A stretch of 64,000 nucleotides of DNA from an uncultured bacterium (GCA_937899715.1 CALCNX010000049.1:66602-130601), one strand, 5' to 3'; positions 46,376-58,645 are shown, counted from the first letter of the stretch. A program made the numbers and translations. Notes: a model not told the origin generated them from the sequence alone.

Positions 46376-47569
46376 TTATTCTATTGGCAGTCTAACTGTA
46401 AAGGTTGAACCTTTCCCCACAGTGCTTTCGGCACGGATACTCCCGCCGTGCAATTCCACAATTTGTTTTGCAATCGCAAGACCCAGCCCCGTACCGCGAA
46501 TTTCTTTACCCTCGGTGTCGCGCTGCTTGGCACGGTAAAATTTCTCGAAAAGACGTGGCAGGTCGCTTGCCGGGATGCCAACACCTGTATCGGCGATACT
46601 GATTTCTATGCGCTCTGCATTATGTACAACACTAATAGTAATCTTCCCGTCCTGCGGGGTGAACTTGACAGCATTGGCAAGAAGATTTACAAAGACTTGT
46701 GTGATACGGTCGTTGTCCAGAGCCAGAAAGGGCAGCGTCTCTGGCGAGTAATCGTGCACAATAGCAATGCGTTTCGATTCTGCTTCGGCGGCGATAATGT
46801 GAGCCGCATAGTCAAGAATCTGCCCAATAGATACGTGCTGTGTGATAAGCGACGTTTTGCCGCTTTCAATACGCGAAATATCCAGCAAATCTTCCACAAG
46901 CCGTTCCAAACGCCGCCCGTCATCCAGAATAATCGTCAGAAATTGCGTGGCTTTTTCCGGTGGGAGCTGCGGCGAACGCAGAAGTGTTTGTGCAAAGCCG
47001 ATGATGGAAGCAAGTGGCGTGCGGAGTTCGTGGGAGACCTGAGAAACGAATTCATTTTTCATGTCATTGAGCTTATGCAGTGCCTCTGCGTGCTGCCGCT
47101 CACGGTCTCGCTCAAATTCCATACGTTTGATGGCGGTAATATCGCGCCCTTCCACGATAAAGAAATCTATTTCCCCGGCGGAGCTAAAAATGGGCTTTAT
47201 AGAAAGGTCAACCACAGCCCGTGTGCCTTCCAGATTGACGATTTCGCCAGTATAGCGCACAAATTCGCCACCAGAAGCGCGGTAGAGTCCTGTTTGGAGT
47301 TTGGAGCGAGCGGCTTCGTCTGCCCAACATTCTAAGTCCCACAGCGTTTTGCCGAGTGCTTCGGGCGCGGCAACGCCAGTGAAATTGACGGCTGCTTGGT
47401 TAATTTCTAAAATAACGCCGTCAACACTCACCAGAAAAATGAACTGGAAGGTATTGTGAAAAATAGCTTGAAAACGTTTGCGGAGGTCTGTTTCTGTGGG
47501 TGCGTCGTGAAGCGCCATCGTGCCTACGTCATCGTGTAAGAAAGCGGTTTCTAGGCGGCAAGATAGCAT
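46376..47569 (-). CDS. Cytoplasmic PAS-domain sensor histidine kinase (NtrB-like), partner of the adjacent sigma-54 activator
   Basis: No TM. PAS region. H-box VSHELRTPLASIIGF. HATPase_c G-boxes (IADTGVGIP, GTGLGLAIAKQIVELHGG). Confidence 0.85.
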   Translation of the reverse strand: MLSCRLETAFLHDDVGTMALHDAPTETDLRKRFQAIFHNTFQFIFLVSVDGVILEINQAAVNFTGVAAPEALGKTLWDLECWADEAARSKLQTGLYRASGGEFVRYTGEIVNLEGTRAVVDLSIKPIFSSAGEIDFFIVEGRDITAIKRMEFERDRERQHAEALHKLNDMKNEFVSQVSHELRTPLASIIGFAQTLLRSPQLPPEKATQFLTIILDDGRRLERLVEDLLDISRIESGKTSLITQHVSIGQILDYAAHIIAAEAESKRIAIVHDYSPETLPFLALDNDRITQVFVNLLANAVKFTPQDGKITISVVHNAERIEISIADTGVGIPASDLPRLFEKFYRAKQRDTEGKEIRGTGLGLAIAKQIVELHGGSIRAESTVGKGSTFTVRLPIE

Positions 47570-48186
47570 TTTTATCGGAAAGGATGAAAAGCGGAACGAA
47601 GGGTGACGATGAAGCAGCGAACATGAGTAAACAGGTCAGACAAAAAATAACGCCCGAAAAGTGTACAGGAGGGTTTGTTTGATGCAGGGTTAGTTAGGGT
47701 GTACACTTTTCGGGCGTAGGAGGTCGTAGATTACGGTCTGCGGCATTCAGATGGATTCGCGGCGAGGTGAAGATACGTGCAAGGGAGGGGCAAGCGCTTA
47801 CGCCAAAGATATTCTTTAGGCGCTATCTCCGAAAAAAAAGCCGCGAATCCTCTGAGAGCCGAGCATCATTGCGGTAAAACAAGCAGGGGGAGACGAAAAT
47901 GCAACGATGCAGCAGAGAGACGAAACAACGAGCGATTGTCTTGAAAGAACGGTACAAGGATGTTTTACGGAGGTCTTGATTCTCTTTGTGCTACACGCCT
48001 TGTGAGAACGGTTACTCCAAAGGTTGTGCCAGAATATTTTGACAACTGCAAGTTTTTATACTGCAATAACTTGTTGTCTTTTCTTTGCCTTTCCTCAGAA
48101 TGGGCACGTCTGTTTCAGACTGAGAAGATGTGTCTCATCTGAATCATTGTGGAACACCTACTTTTTTGAGGCACATCGCAAACAAT

Positions 48187-48220
48187 AAAGCCCGTAAAGA
48201 AATCTTTACGGGCTTTATTG
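48187..48220. terminator. Rho-independent terminator downstream of the 48239-48667 gene
   Basis: aaaGCCCGTAAAGAaatTCTTTACGGGCttt. Confidence 0.7.
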
Positions 48221-48238
48221 TTTAGGCTGAAAGTAGAA

Positions 48239-48667
48239 TTAGTGTTTGTGCTTGCCGGTCTTCGTGTCAACTTTGCACGCACCGGAAATCTCATGGAAAC
48301 GTTCATGGAGAGCTGTGAGCGATTTTTTTATATCATCGTCGCTGCCTTTGGCGGCGATTAAGTCTGTCAAGGCTTTGGATTCGGTTTTCAACTTGCCGAG
48401 TAGTTCTTTGATTTCGGGTTTGTCGAATTGTTTCGGCGGTTTTGCATCCGCCCATGCGAGAGCTTTAGCCGATAGTTCGGAGGCACGAGTTTTAATCGGG
48501 GTTAAATTTCCTTCCTCCATTGGGTGAAAGGTTTTTGCCATTACTTCGTGGAAGGTTTCTTTTTCTTTCCACTCGGTAGATTTTGAATCTTTTTGGGCAA
48601 GTGCTGAAACGGTCATACACAAAAATGCCGCAGCGACAATCATATATCTCATCATACAATCCTTCAA
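48239..48667 (-). CDS. Hypothetical periplasmic alpha-helical protein
   Basis: Signal peptide MRYMIVAAAFLCMTVSALAQ. K/E-rich helical body. No secure family. Confidence 0.5.
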   Translation of the reverse strand: MKDCMMRYMIVAAAFLCMTVSALAQKDSKSTEWKEKETFHEVMAKTFHPMEEGNLTPIKTRASELSAKALAWADAKPPKQFDKPEIKELLGKLKTESKALTDLIAAKGSDDDIKKSLTALHERFHEISGACKVDTKTGKHKH

Positions 48668-48885
48668 AAAAATAAAAAACAGAGAATTTAGGAACTACTA
48701 AAATACGACTTTTCCGTTATTTGGTGCGCACCCTTTTGCTGCTGATGGGTGTGATGAGATCATGCTCAATGATTGTAAAAATTTGATTATGACATGGGAA
48801 TTGGCTAATTTTTCCGCCAATCAGCGCACTCACGTCGGTGACTGCCACACAGTTTTTCACTTCACACCTTATTTGTTTATCCAAT

Positions 48886-50349
48886 ATGCGTCTTTGTCTT
48901 ATCGCTTTTGCTTTTGTTCTGGGGAACATGACGTTTTTACACGCTCAGTCAGGTAGGAAACCGCTCACCACACCAGCCGGAACACCCATCTTAACAGCCT
49001 CAGGGGAACCTGTTTATGAGCTTTCCAGCACTGCTACCATTCCATATACAAATGTCGCTCAACTTGATTCGGTATTTATGCAGAAATCATACGGTGATGC
49101 TGCAAAGCGCATCATTGCTCACGCTTTGAAGGATAGCATTGCATATTCTCGCTTGCAGTATATGTGCTATACCTTTGGGTCGCGCTTGTCAGGCTCGCAG
49201 AACCTAGAACGTGCGATAGATTGGCTTCTTCAAACGATGAAAACCGACGGACATGAAAACGTGCGTGGCGAGGATGTAAAGGTTCCCGCCTGGGTGCGCG
49301 GCGAAGAGTCCTGCGTAATGGTCAGCCCGCGCCCGTACACAATTCCCATGCTTGGCTTGGGCGGCAGCATTGCGACTCCTGCGGGTGGCATAACGGCTGA
49401 GGTTATGGTAGTGCGTGATTTTGCCGAACTCACACGACGCGCCGCCGAAGCAAAAGGGAAGATTGTTCTTTTCAATGCACCTTTCACGCGCTACGGTGCA
49501 ACCGTGCGCTATCGCAGCGAAGGCGCAATCCGCGCTGCCGAAGTAGGTGCGGTGGCAAGTCTTATACGGTCTGTGGCATCCTATTCCATGCGAACTCCGC
49601 ACACAGGCGGTATGCGCTATCAGGACAGTATCCCCAAAATTCCTCACGCCGCGATTGCAACAGAAGATGCTGATCTTATCGCCCATTTGACCGAGCGTGG
49701 CGAAAAAGTGAAAGTACGCCTTACTATGAGCGCTCAGACCATGCCCGATGCTGTTTCGCGGAACGTTATTGCCGAACTGAAAGGGCGCGAAAAGCCAGAG
49801 GAAATTGTCGTGATGGGCGGGCATATTGATTCATGGGATGTCGGCACAGGTGCATTGGATGATGCGGGCGGTTGCTACGCCACGTGGAAAGCACTTCAAA
49901 TCTTGAAAGAATTGGGCTTGCGCCCCCGCCGCACTATTCGGCTTGCGCTCTGGACAAATGAAGAAAACGGCTTGCGTGGCGGCGTGGACTACGCAGAGCG
50001 CCATAAAAACGAGAAACATATTTTAGCATTTGAATCCGATGGCGGCATTTTCACACCACAGGGCTTTGGATTCACTGGCGCACCCGAACTGCTCAAAGTC
50101 TATACGGCTGCCGGAACGCTTTTGCACCCGATTCAGTCGGCAGCGCTCAAAGTTGGCGGTGGCGGTGCTGATATTTCGCCGCTTGTCGCGTACAGCGTTC
50201 CTCAAATGAATATCGAAGTAGAAAACTCGAAATATTTCTGGTTTCACCATACCCAAGCCGATATGCCCGACAAAATAGACCCGCTCGACCTGAATAAATG
50301 CGCGGCTGCTATTGCCGTGATGATGTATGTGGCGGCAGATTTGCCATAA
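48886..50349 (+). CDS. M28 family zinc peptidase (aminopeptidase/carboxypeptidase type), secreted
   Basis: From ATG 48886: signal peptide MRLCLIAFAFVLGNMTFLHAQ. M28 metal-ligand region MGGHIDSWDVGTGALDDAGG...NEENGLRG. Confidence 0.8.
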   Translation: MRLCLIAFAFVLGNMTFLHAQSGRKPLTTPAGTPILTASGEPVYELSSTATIPYTNVAQLDSVFMQKSYGDAAKRIIAHALKDSIAYSRLQYMCYTFGSRLSGSQNLERAIDWLLQTMKTDGHENVRGEDVKVPAWVRGEESCVMVSPRPYTIPMLGLGGSIATPAGGITAEVMVVRDFAELTRRAAEAKGKIVLFNAPFTRYGATVRYRSEGAIRAAEVGAVASLIRSVASYSMRTPHTGGMRYQDSIPKIPHAAIATEDADLIAHLTERGEKVKVRLTMSAQTMPDAVSRNVIAELKGREKPEEIVVMGGHIDSWDVGTGALDDAGGCYATWKALQILKELGLRPRRTIRLALWTNEENGLRGGVDYAERHKNEKHILAFESDGGIFTPQGFGFTGAPELLKVYTAAGTLLHPIQSAALKVGGGGADISPLVAYSVPQMNIEVENSKYFWFHHTQADMPDKIDPLDLNKCAAAIAVMMYVAADLP

Positions 50350-50361
50350 TTTTCTCATTTT

Positions 50362-51006
50362 TTGATTATCATAATGATTCCAATCAATGAATTGCTGGTG
50401 TTTGTGCTTGCTGCCCTTGGGCTGGTGCTTACGCCGGGACCGAATATGTTATACCTCATCTCGCGGTCGCTCTGCCAAGGGCGTATGGCGGGCTTGATTT
50501 CCCTCGCCGGAGTAGTGGTGGGATTTTTATTTCACATTGTGGCAGTTTCGTTTGGCTTGACGGCGGTTTTTATGGCTGTCCCACTTGCCTACGATGTGCT
50601 TAAATACTTGGGCGCGGCGTATTTACTTTGGATGGCTTGGCAGGCTGTTCGCCCAGGCGCGGGAACGCTTTTTGAGGCTAAAGATTTACCACCCGATTCG
50701 CCTGCGAAGCTCTTTCAAATGGGCTTTTTGACGAATGTTCTTAACCCAAAGGTAGCGGTATTTTATCTGTCTCTTTTTCCGCAATTCACGAGTCCCGAAT
50801 ATGGTTCGTTGCTGACGCAGAATTTCATGCTTGGTGCAACGCAAGTATTTGTAAGCGCTTCGGTGAACTTGGTGATTGTCTTGAGCGCTGCCCGTGTTGC
50901 GGCATGGTTCAAAAACAGACCCATGTGGGCACAAGCGCAGCGCTACATGATGGGCAGCATTCTCGCAGGGTTGGCGCTTCGTCTGGCTATCAGCGAGCGA
51001 AAATAA
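50362..51006 (+). CDS. LysE/RhtB family amino-acid exporter
   Basis: LTPGPNMLYLISRSL N-terminal signature. About 210 aa, 6 TM. Confidence 0.8.
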   Translation: MIIIMIPINELLVFVLAALGLVLTPGPNMLYLISRSLCQGRMAGLISLAGVVVGFLFHIVAVSFGLTAVFMAVPLAYDVLKYLGAAYLLWMAWQAVRPGAGTLFEAKDLPPDSPAKLFQMGFLTNVLNPKVAVFYLSLFPQFTSPEYGSLLTQNFMLGATQVFVSASVNLVIVLSAARVAAWFKNRPMWAQAQRYMMGSILAGLALRLAISERK

Positions 51007-51041
51007 TTTCGTCATTCTTCATTCGTAATTCGTCATTGACT

Positions 51042-51812
51042 ATGGATTCTATCAAAGCAAAATTCGATTTGACGGGCAAAGTCGCCGTCATTACGGGCGC
51101 AAGCAAAGGTATTGGCGAGGCTATTGCCTTTGGTCTGGCGGAACATGGCGCAAAAGTCGTCCTGAGTAGTCGCAAGCAAGAAGCAGTCGAAGAAGTTGCA
51201 ACAGAATTTCGGAAAAAAGGCTTCGATGTACTGCCCGTTGCCGCCCACGCGGGAAGTGTGGCGGACTTGGAGAATCTCGTTCAAAGCACGATGAATGCAT
51301 ACGGACGGATTGATATTGTGGTGAACAACGCAGCCGCCAATCCCGTTTTTGGTCCGCTCACCAAATGCGGCGAAGACGCTTTTAATAAAATCATGGAGGT
51401 CAATGTCAAGGGACCCTTTGAACTTGGCAAACTTGTTCATCCCATCATGCAAAAGCAAGGTGGCGGCTCGGTTATTAACATCAGTAGCGTGGGCGGCATT
51501 TCGCCCGAACCGGGCTTGGGTGTTTACAGCGTGAGCAAGTCCGCTCTGATTATGCTTACCAAAACGATGGCTGAAGAATGGGGCAAAGACAACATTCGCG
51601 CCAATGCTATCTGCCCGGGTTTGATAAAAACAAAGTTCAGTCAGGCAATCTGGGATAACGAGAAGCATCTGGGATATATGCTGGGTTCTGTTCCGCTTGG
51701 GCGTATTGGTTCGCCGGAAGAAGTCGCAGCGCTGGCTTTATTCCTTGCGTCTGATGCCGGTGCATATTGCACTGGTGGTGTGTACACGGTGGACGGCGGG
51801 CATACGATATAG
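51042..51812 (+). CDS. SDR family oxidoreductase (3-oxoacyl-ACP reductase-like)
   Basis: From ATG 51042: TGASKGIGEAIA (TGxxxGIG), NNAA, and the catalytic YxxxK (YSVSKSAL). The ORF-track start at 50904 overlaps the upstream gene and is unlikely. Confidence 0.85.
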   Translation: MDSIKAKFDLTGKVAVITGASKGIGEAIAFGLAEHGAKVVLSSRKQEAVEEVATEFRKKGFDVLPVAAHAGSVADLENLVQSTMNAYGRIDIVVNNAAANPVFGPLTKCGEDAFNKIMEVNVKGPFELGKLVHPIMQKQGGGSVINISSVGGISPEPGLGVYSVSKSALIMLTKTMAEEWGKDNIRANAICPGLIKTKFSQAIWDNEKHLGYMLGSVPLGRIGSPEEVAALALFLASDAGAYCTGGVYTVDGGHTI

Positions 51813-51925
51813 CACGGCTAAAGAGCCGAATAACAAAAAAGACAAGGGATAAAAGCCTCAAGCGCTTTTATCCCTTGTTTGTTATAGTGACCACGTAGCA
51901 TTGTCGCGGAATCGTCGGTAGAACC

Positions 51926-52126
51926 TCACTGCTCCAGTTCTGAAAACTTGAGGAATGCTGACACTGCCAAGACTAGTACAAAAGAAATGATAATGCCCCA
52001 TAGAGCCTGTGAGAGGAGCTTTTTGTCTTGACCTGCATATTCAGGTCTGCCAATACGGCGGAAAAGCAGGAACGAGCGGGCTACGAGTGTGCCGCCGACA
52101 ACAGCGACGAATAGAATAGCATACAT
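51926..52126 (-). CDS. Possible small two-TM membrane protein (weak)
   Basis: 66 aa, two hydrophobic helices. Confidence 0.3.
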   Translation of the reverse strand: MYAILFVAVVGGTLVARSFLLFRRIGRPEYAGQDKKLLSQALWGIIISFVLVLAVSAFLKFSELEQ

Positions 52127-52162
52127 GGCGTTTCAGAATTGTATGAAAAAGAGAAATGTCTT

Positions 52163-53119
52163 TTAAGCGAAACACTTCTTGAGGAAGGCGAGAACTGCTT
52201 TGTGCGCGTCTTCTGCCATTTCTTTGCCGTACTTTGGATTACTTGGATTTGCAAAAGCGTGGTCAGCGTCGTACATTTTGACTTCAATGGGTTTGCCTGC
52301 AGCTTTAACGGCGGCTTCAAATTTTGTAGCCACTTCGGGCGTAATCCATTTGTCTTGCTTTGCAAAAATGCCAAGCGTAGGAGCATTCATAGCGGCAAGT
52401 TTTTTGGCATCCATTTCGGGCATACCGTAGTAAATCACGCAGCCAACAGCTTGCTTGCCCACTGCAAGTGAAGCCTGATGCGACCAGCCGCCGCCAAAGC
52501 ACCAGCCAATAGTTGCTATTTTGGCATCGCTGCCGACATATTTTTGAAAGGCTTCAATGATTGCTCTGGAGCGTTCAGGCTTGTTTGCTTGCATATACTT
52601 TCCTGCATCGGCAGGCGTAGTAGCCAGTTTGCCGTCGTAGAGGTCAAGCGCGATAACTCGTGCGCCTGTTTCCTCGCCAAGTTTGTCAGCTTCTTGTTTG
52701 ATGTAGTCATTCAAACCCCACCATTCGTGAATGACGAAAATGACGTTTTTGGTGTCTTTTGGGGGTTTGATTTCATAACCTACGCATTCCGTTCCATCGG
52801 CTGCTTTTACGGTAACTGCTACACCTTTTGCCATAACTGTAAATGGAAGCGGCTCTTCATGCTTATTAACAAATGCTTGGTCATTTGTGAACGCTGCAAA
52901 TTGTGTTGTTGCTTGGTTGCTTACGGTCTCTCCGTTCAGTGTTTTGCCTTCGGGAGCACTTTCAACAGAACAGCAGGTGTGCTTCGCGGTTGCTTTTTGG
53001 GCAGTTGCTTTCGTGGTTTTCACTTTGGGTGTTGACGCGGTTGGTGCTTTGGCAAATGCGGACTGCGAAGTCATACCCATCATAAGGAGCGGCAGAATGA
53101 ATGTTGTAGTGCGATTCAT
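52163..53119 (-). CDS. Dienelactone hydrolase family protein with secreted N-terminal extension
   Basis: Signal peptide. DLH core VIHEWWGLNDYI...IGWCFGGGWSH...DADHAF. Confidence 0.7.
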   Translation of the reverse strand: MNRTTTFILPLLMMGMTSQSAFAKAPTASTPKVKTTKATAQKATAKHTCCSVESAPEGKTLNGETVSNQATTQFAAFTNDQAFVNKHEEPLPFTVMAKGVAVTVKAADGTECVGYEIKPPKDTKNVIFVIHEWWGLNDYIKQEADKLGEETGARVIALDLYDGKLATTPADAGKYMQANKPERSRAIIEAFQKYVGSDAKIATIGWCFGGGWSHQASLAVGKQAVGCVIYYGMPEMDAKKLAAMNAPTLGIFAKQDKWITPEVATKFEAAVKAAGKPIEVKMYDADHAFANPSNPKYGKEMAEDAHKAVLAFLKKCFA

Positions 53120-53170
53120 AGTGAAGAATAAAAAATGACAAAATTAGTGAATTGCGTCTTGATACAGTGC

Positions 53171-55015
53171 TTAGAAACGGCTTGTCGGCGGAGGTAATGC
53201 GCGGTTTTTTGCTTGCGGCAATGCACGTTGGTTGTCGGTAAGCCGCACATCATTGGTGAGGACAAAGCGGCTGATGGAATCTCGAAGGTCGTCGGCTTGG
53301 CGCATCAGACGCTCAATGCTGCGGGCAATATCCTGTACGCCTTCGTTCGATTCTTCCACAACCGACGACATAGCGTGCATACTCTGCGCCATTTGTGCAC
53401 TGGTGGAAGATTGTTGGTCGCTGGCGGACGCTACTTGCGACATGACATCGGAGACTTTGCTGGTGCGATTGATGATTTGCTCCAATGCTTGGGTGGTTTG
53501 CCCGACAAGCTGAGTTCCTTGTTCCACAAGCACTGTGCCTTCATTCATGCCTTTGACGGCAGCGCCCATCTCGCCTTGAATGGTTTTTATCATCGTAGAA
53601 ATTTCTTTCGTTGCTTTTTGTGTGCGTTCGGCGAGTTTACGGACTTCATCGGCGACAACGGCAAAGCCACGCCCCGACTCGCCCGCACGAGCTGCTTCGA
53701 TAGCGGCGTTGAGTGCTAGAAGATTGGTCTGGTCGGCGATTTCATCAATAACCGATACAATTTCTCCGATTTTCTCGCTGGATTGCCCCAGCTGCTTGAT
53801 TTTTGCGGCTGAATCCAATACCACCTTGCCGACTTGCTCCACGTTGTTAATCATGCTGCGCATGACTTGTTCGCTTTGGTATGCTTCGTCGTTGGCAAGC
53901 GAGGCTTCGTATGCCGCGACAGAAATTTGCTGTGTATTCTCGCTAATAGTACGCGACATTTCTTCCACAGCTCCGGCAAGCTGTACGACTTGACCACTTT
54001 GCTCTTTTGCACCTGCGGACAGTTCCTCTGTTGCGCCGCTTATTTGAGAGACCGCATCGGCAGTGTTGTTGACGGAACCGACCACTTGCGCAATCATCCG
54101 GCTGACGTTCTCCATGCTGCTATTGATAGCATTGAAAAGCTGCCCAATATCGTCATTCGTTTCTGCTTTCAATCGCCCCGTCAGGTCGCCTTGTGCCATG
54201 AGGTCAATGGCGTGCATGGCAGTTGAGACGTGGGAGGCAAGATACTGTTTTTGTCCTTCGATTTGTTCCAAATCCCGTTTCGCGCGGGCTTCATTTTCCT
54301 GCTTGAGTGCTTCGAGTGCTGCATAATCTGATGTGGAGCGAGCTTCGGATTCTTTGCGTGTTATCTCAAGTTCTGCGAGGGTTGTGTTTTTGCTGCGCTC
54401 ATATATTTGCCCCAAAAGAAAAACTAACAGCGCAATGCCAGCAATACCCAAAAAGCCTTGTAGTTGTTTTTGCATCGGCGAAACTTGGACGCTCGGCACT
54501 TCTATTCCACTGAGCTTGAGGGCAAACAACGTGGTTAAAACAAAGAGTGTTAGCAAAAGCCAGCGAAAGCCTCCGCGAAGCCCTGTGAACATTACTCCTA
54601 AAAGTGGTACGATTGCTATCCAAATACGAGTGAGGGCATCGTGTCCGCCTTCGTTCATCACCAGCCCCGTGCTGACAACAAGAAATGAAGCGACAAGTAC
54701 GTGACAAAGACCATTCAGTCCTGTTCCTCCGCGCAGCAAAAAAGGCACGGCAAAGAGTAATGCTGCGGCTCCCAGAAGCAGCACACCACTAGCAATAACC
54801 TGGGTAGCAAAAAAGTATTGGAGCGCGTAGAATGTAGCAATAAACGTTGTGGAAAAGGACGTTGCTACTAATAGCCGTGCTCGCCGAAACGTGTCTGGGT
54901 CGGTGCGCAATGTCGCAGGAACAAAACTGAGGATAAACTCTTGCATGGCAAACAATGATGATAAAAGGAAGAAAGTCCGCAAAACCTTGTGTGCGTCTGA
55001 GCGCGTTTCGCCCAT
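53171..55015 (-). CDS. Methyl-accepting chemotaxis protein (multi-TM N-terminal sensor, HAMP, MCP signalling domain)
   Basis: The highly conserved MCP hairpin tip ([25 protein letters not shown]) and methylation heptads. About 8 TM N-terminal. An alternative start is at 54946. Confidence 0.85.
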   Translation of the reverse strand: MGETRSDAHKVLRTFFLLSSLFAMQEFILSFVPATLRTDPDTFRRARLLVATSFSTTFIATFYALQYFFATQVIASGVLLLGAAALLFAVPFLLRGGTGLNGLCHVLVASFLVVSTGLVMNEGGHDALTRIWIAIVPLLGVMFTGLRGGFRWLLLTLFVLTTLFALKLSGIEVPSVQVSPMQKQLQGFLGIAGIALLVFLLGQIYERSKNTTLAELEITRKESEARSTSDYAALEALKQENEARAKRDLEQIEGQKQYLASHVSTAMHAIDLMAQGDLTGRLKAETNDDIGQLFNAINSSMENVSRMIAQVVGSVNNTADAVSQISGATEELSAGAKEQSGQVVQLAGAVEEMSRTISENTQQISVAAYEASLANDEAYQSEQVMRSMINNVEQVGKVVLDSAAKIKQLGQSSEKIGEIVSVIDEIADQTNLLALNAAIEAARAGESGRGFAVVADEVRKLAERTQKATKEISTMIKTIQGEMGAAVKGMNEGTVLVEQGTQLVGQTTQALEQIINRTSKVSDVMSQVASASDQQSSTSAQMAQSMHAMSSVVEESNEGVQDIARSIERLMRQADDLRDSISRFVLTNDVRLTDNQRALPQAKNRALPPPTSRF

Positions 55016-55109
55016 CGGGTGTAACGTTACAACGGCGTAAAATTACAACATTTTTAGCAAATCGTTAGGGAAAACACGAGGGATAAACAAACGCTTGTGG
55101 TCACGAAAT

Positions 55110-56066
55110 TTAGACAAATGGCAGCAATGCAGGTAGAATCTCAATAGTAAGCGGTAGTTTGCCCGGAAATTCCCCGTCGGCATCAATCCATACTGTTTCC
55201 TCGGTAGTGGCAATAATACGTGTTCCCCTCACAACACGCACAGCGGCATCGCTTAAGTGCGAACCAGTATAGATTTTTTGAAATTTAATAGCTGTTTCGA
55301 TGGAATTAAGCCCGTCCACAATCACGACATCGAATGCACCATCGTTGGGTGCGGCATTGGGCGCAATAATCATCCCGCCGCCGAAGAAGCGACCATTGGC
55401 AACCGCTATCAGCCTCGTGTCAATCATTTCATCAAGCACAATTCGTCCTTCATTCTCAATCCGAAGTTGTATTGATTTGTTGGTATATTGCCCCAAAGCC
55501 ATCATTGAAGCCAGATAGAATGCCACTTTGCCGCCAAAGCGTTTTAAGAATGAAGCACGGTTAATATGCCGAACAACGTTTCCGCTCATGCCGAAACTGG
55601 CAACATTCAAAAAATATCCGGTGAAATCACTGTTGTCAAGACGTTTGTGGGTGATTTTACCAACATCCAGCATTTGGCGACCGCTATCGGTGAGCAGACT
55701 TGCGATACGCTGAATAGCTTTTTCTTTCTGTGCCGGAATACCCAATGTTTTTGCAACATCGCTTCCCGTGCCGGAAGGAATATAGGAGAGCGCCGCACGA
55801 GGCATGACAGCACGGTCATTGACAAAAAAGCCGTTGACGACTTCATTCAGCGTGCCGTCGCCACCGACGGCGATAATGTGGTCATAGCCGCCCTCGCGGA
55901 GTGCCTGCGCAGTAAGCATCGTCGCATCTTTGACTGCACGGGTAAAGGACACGTCCGCCTCGCCGAGTGTTTTGCGGAGATAGCGTTCGGTCTCCTGCCA
56001 TGTTTTGCCTGTGCGCCCGTTGCCGGAAGCCGGATTGACAATTACTTTGCGTTTGTGAGAAGCCAT
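55110..56066 (-). CDS. Diacylglycerol-kinase-family lipid kinase (YegS/BmrU-like)
   Basis: DAGK_cat: VIVNPASGNG...IIAVGGDGTLNEVVNG. Confidence 0.8.
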   Translation of the reverse strand: MASHKRKVIVNPASGNGRTGKTWQETERYLRKTLGEADVSFTRAVKDATMLTAQALREGGYDHIIAVGGDGTLNEVVNGFFVNDRAVMPRAALSYIPSGTGSDVAKTLGIPAQKEKAIQRIASLLTDSGRQMLDVGKITHKRLDNSDFTGYFLNVASFGMSGNVVRHINRASFLKRFGGKVAFYLASMMALGQYTNKSIQLRIENEGRIVLDEMIDTRLIAVANGRFFGGGMIIAPNAAPNDGAFDVVIVDGLNSIETAIKFQKIYTGSHLSDAAVRVVRGTRIIATTEETVWIDADGEFPGKLPLTIEILPALLPFV

Positions 56067-56186
56067 TTAATGAAGTGCTTAGATAGACTGAAGAATTTAT
56101 TTTGCCAAAATGACACTTATTCCGTACTTTTGGAGGCTATACGTCTTAGCCGTTTTCAGGTGTGCGGCTTGAACTCTTGAATATGA

Positions 56187-57650
<1,464 letters not shown>

Positions 57651-57764
57651 CTAGTGTTGTTCAGGGAGTATGGAGACAAGAATATACTAACCATCTTGTC
57701 TTCATGCTTTCGGCAAACTTTTGAGAATCAAAACTTTTACCGTTGTGAACCTCACTGAATATCC

Positions 57765-58136
57765 ATGATACAACACGCAAATATCGCCGCGAAGTTTGGT
57801 GCTTTTACTGAAACGTGGACACCAAAGATTATTGGCGATTTGAACGAAAATTTTGTCAAAGTTGCGCGGCTCAAAGATGACTTTGTCTGGCACAGCCACG
57901 AGAATGAAGACGAGCTTTTCATCGTGTTCAAAGGTACTCTCATCATGGATTTTCGTGACCACACGCTTGAAGTAAAGCCGGGTGAAATATTAATTGTGCC
58001 TAAAGGCATAGAACACCGACCACGTACAAACGGCGAAGAAGTCTGGACACTCCTTGTTGAGCCAAAGTCCACCTTGCATACCGGCAATGATACGCATAAA
58101 GTAACGGTCGCGGTAGAAGCACAAGCACGAATTTGA
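57765..58136 (+). CDS. Cupin-domain protein
   Basis: 123 aa with cupin motifs (HSHENEDELFIVFKG ... PKGIEHRP). Confidence 0.65.
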   Translation: MIQHANIAAKFGAFTETWTPKIIGDLNENFVKVARLKDDFVWHSHENEDELFIVFKGTLIMDFRDHTLEVKPGEILIVPKGIEHRPRTNGEEVWTLLVEPKSTLHTGNDTHKVTVAVEAQARI

Positions 58137-58162
58137 ATCATTTTTTCATTCCTCAGTAGATT

Positions 58163-58570
58163 ATGACCACAGGAAAACCCTTCGACCTCGAAATTATTAC
58201 CCCATCCGGGATTGCCTTTGAGGGTAAAGTAGAGGCAGTAACCGTTCCGGCGAAAGACAAGCCGTTTCAGGTGCTTGCGAACCACGCACCGATTATGGCG
58301 GAACTCGGTATTGGCGCAATCAAATTCAATGATGGTGCGAATAAAGCGACTCTCTTTGCTACGAGCGGTGGTTTCGTGCAGGTACTAAAGAACAAGGTTT
58401 CGTGCGTCGTCGAGACAGCAGAAGAATCTTTGGCTATTGATGCGGCTCGTGCTTTGGAAGCGAAGAAACGCGCCGAAGAGCGTCTGGCTAAACGGCAAGA
58501 ACACGACGCGCTCCGTGCAGAGATGTCACTGGCGCGGGCAATCAACCGACTCAATATTGCCGGAAAATAA
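58163..58570 (+). CDS. atpC: F0F1 ATP synthase subunit epsilon
   Basis: LEIITPSGIAFEGKVEAVTVPAKDKPFQVLANHAPIMAELGIGAIKF. 135 aa with a helical C-terminus. Confidence 0.9.
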   Translation: MTTGKPFDLEIITPSGIAFEGKVEAVTVPAKDKPFQVLANHAPIMAELGIGAIKFNDGANKATLFATSGGFVQVLKNKVSCVVETAEESLAIDAARALEAKKRAEERLAKRQEHDALRAEMSLARAINRLNIAGK

Positions 58571-58588
58571 CTATATGAGTTTTTTTTG

Positions 58589-58645
58589 AAGCGAAGTTCT
58601 CCGAGACGTGCTGTAATGCGCCTTCGGGGAACTTCGCTTTTTATA
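58589..58645 (+). terminator. Terminator-like hairpin plus T-run after atpC
   Basis: gcgaagttctccgag...cttcggggaacttcgc stem followed by ttttt. Confidence 0.5.

Noticed and set aside
46448-47335. 295-aa plus-strand ORF
   Set aside because: Antisense to the PAS histidine kinase, whose H-box and G-boxes are intact.
48017-48033. Sigma-54-like element on the minus strand (TGGCACaacctTTGG) about 450 bp upstream of the kinase gene
   Set aside because: The -12 element is GG, not the near-invariant GC, and it is far from the start codon. Too weak to call.
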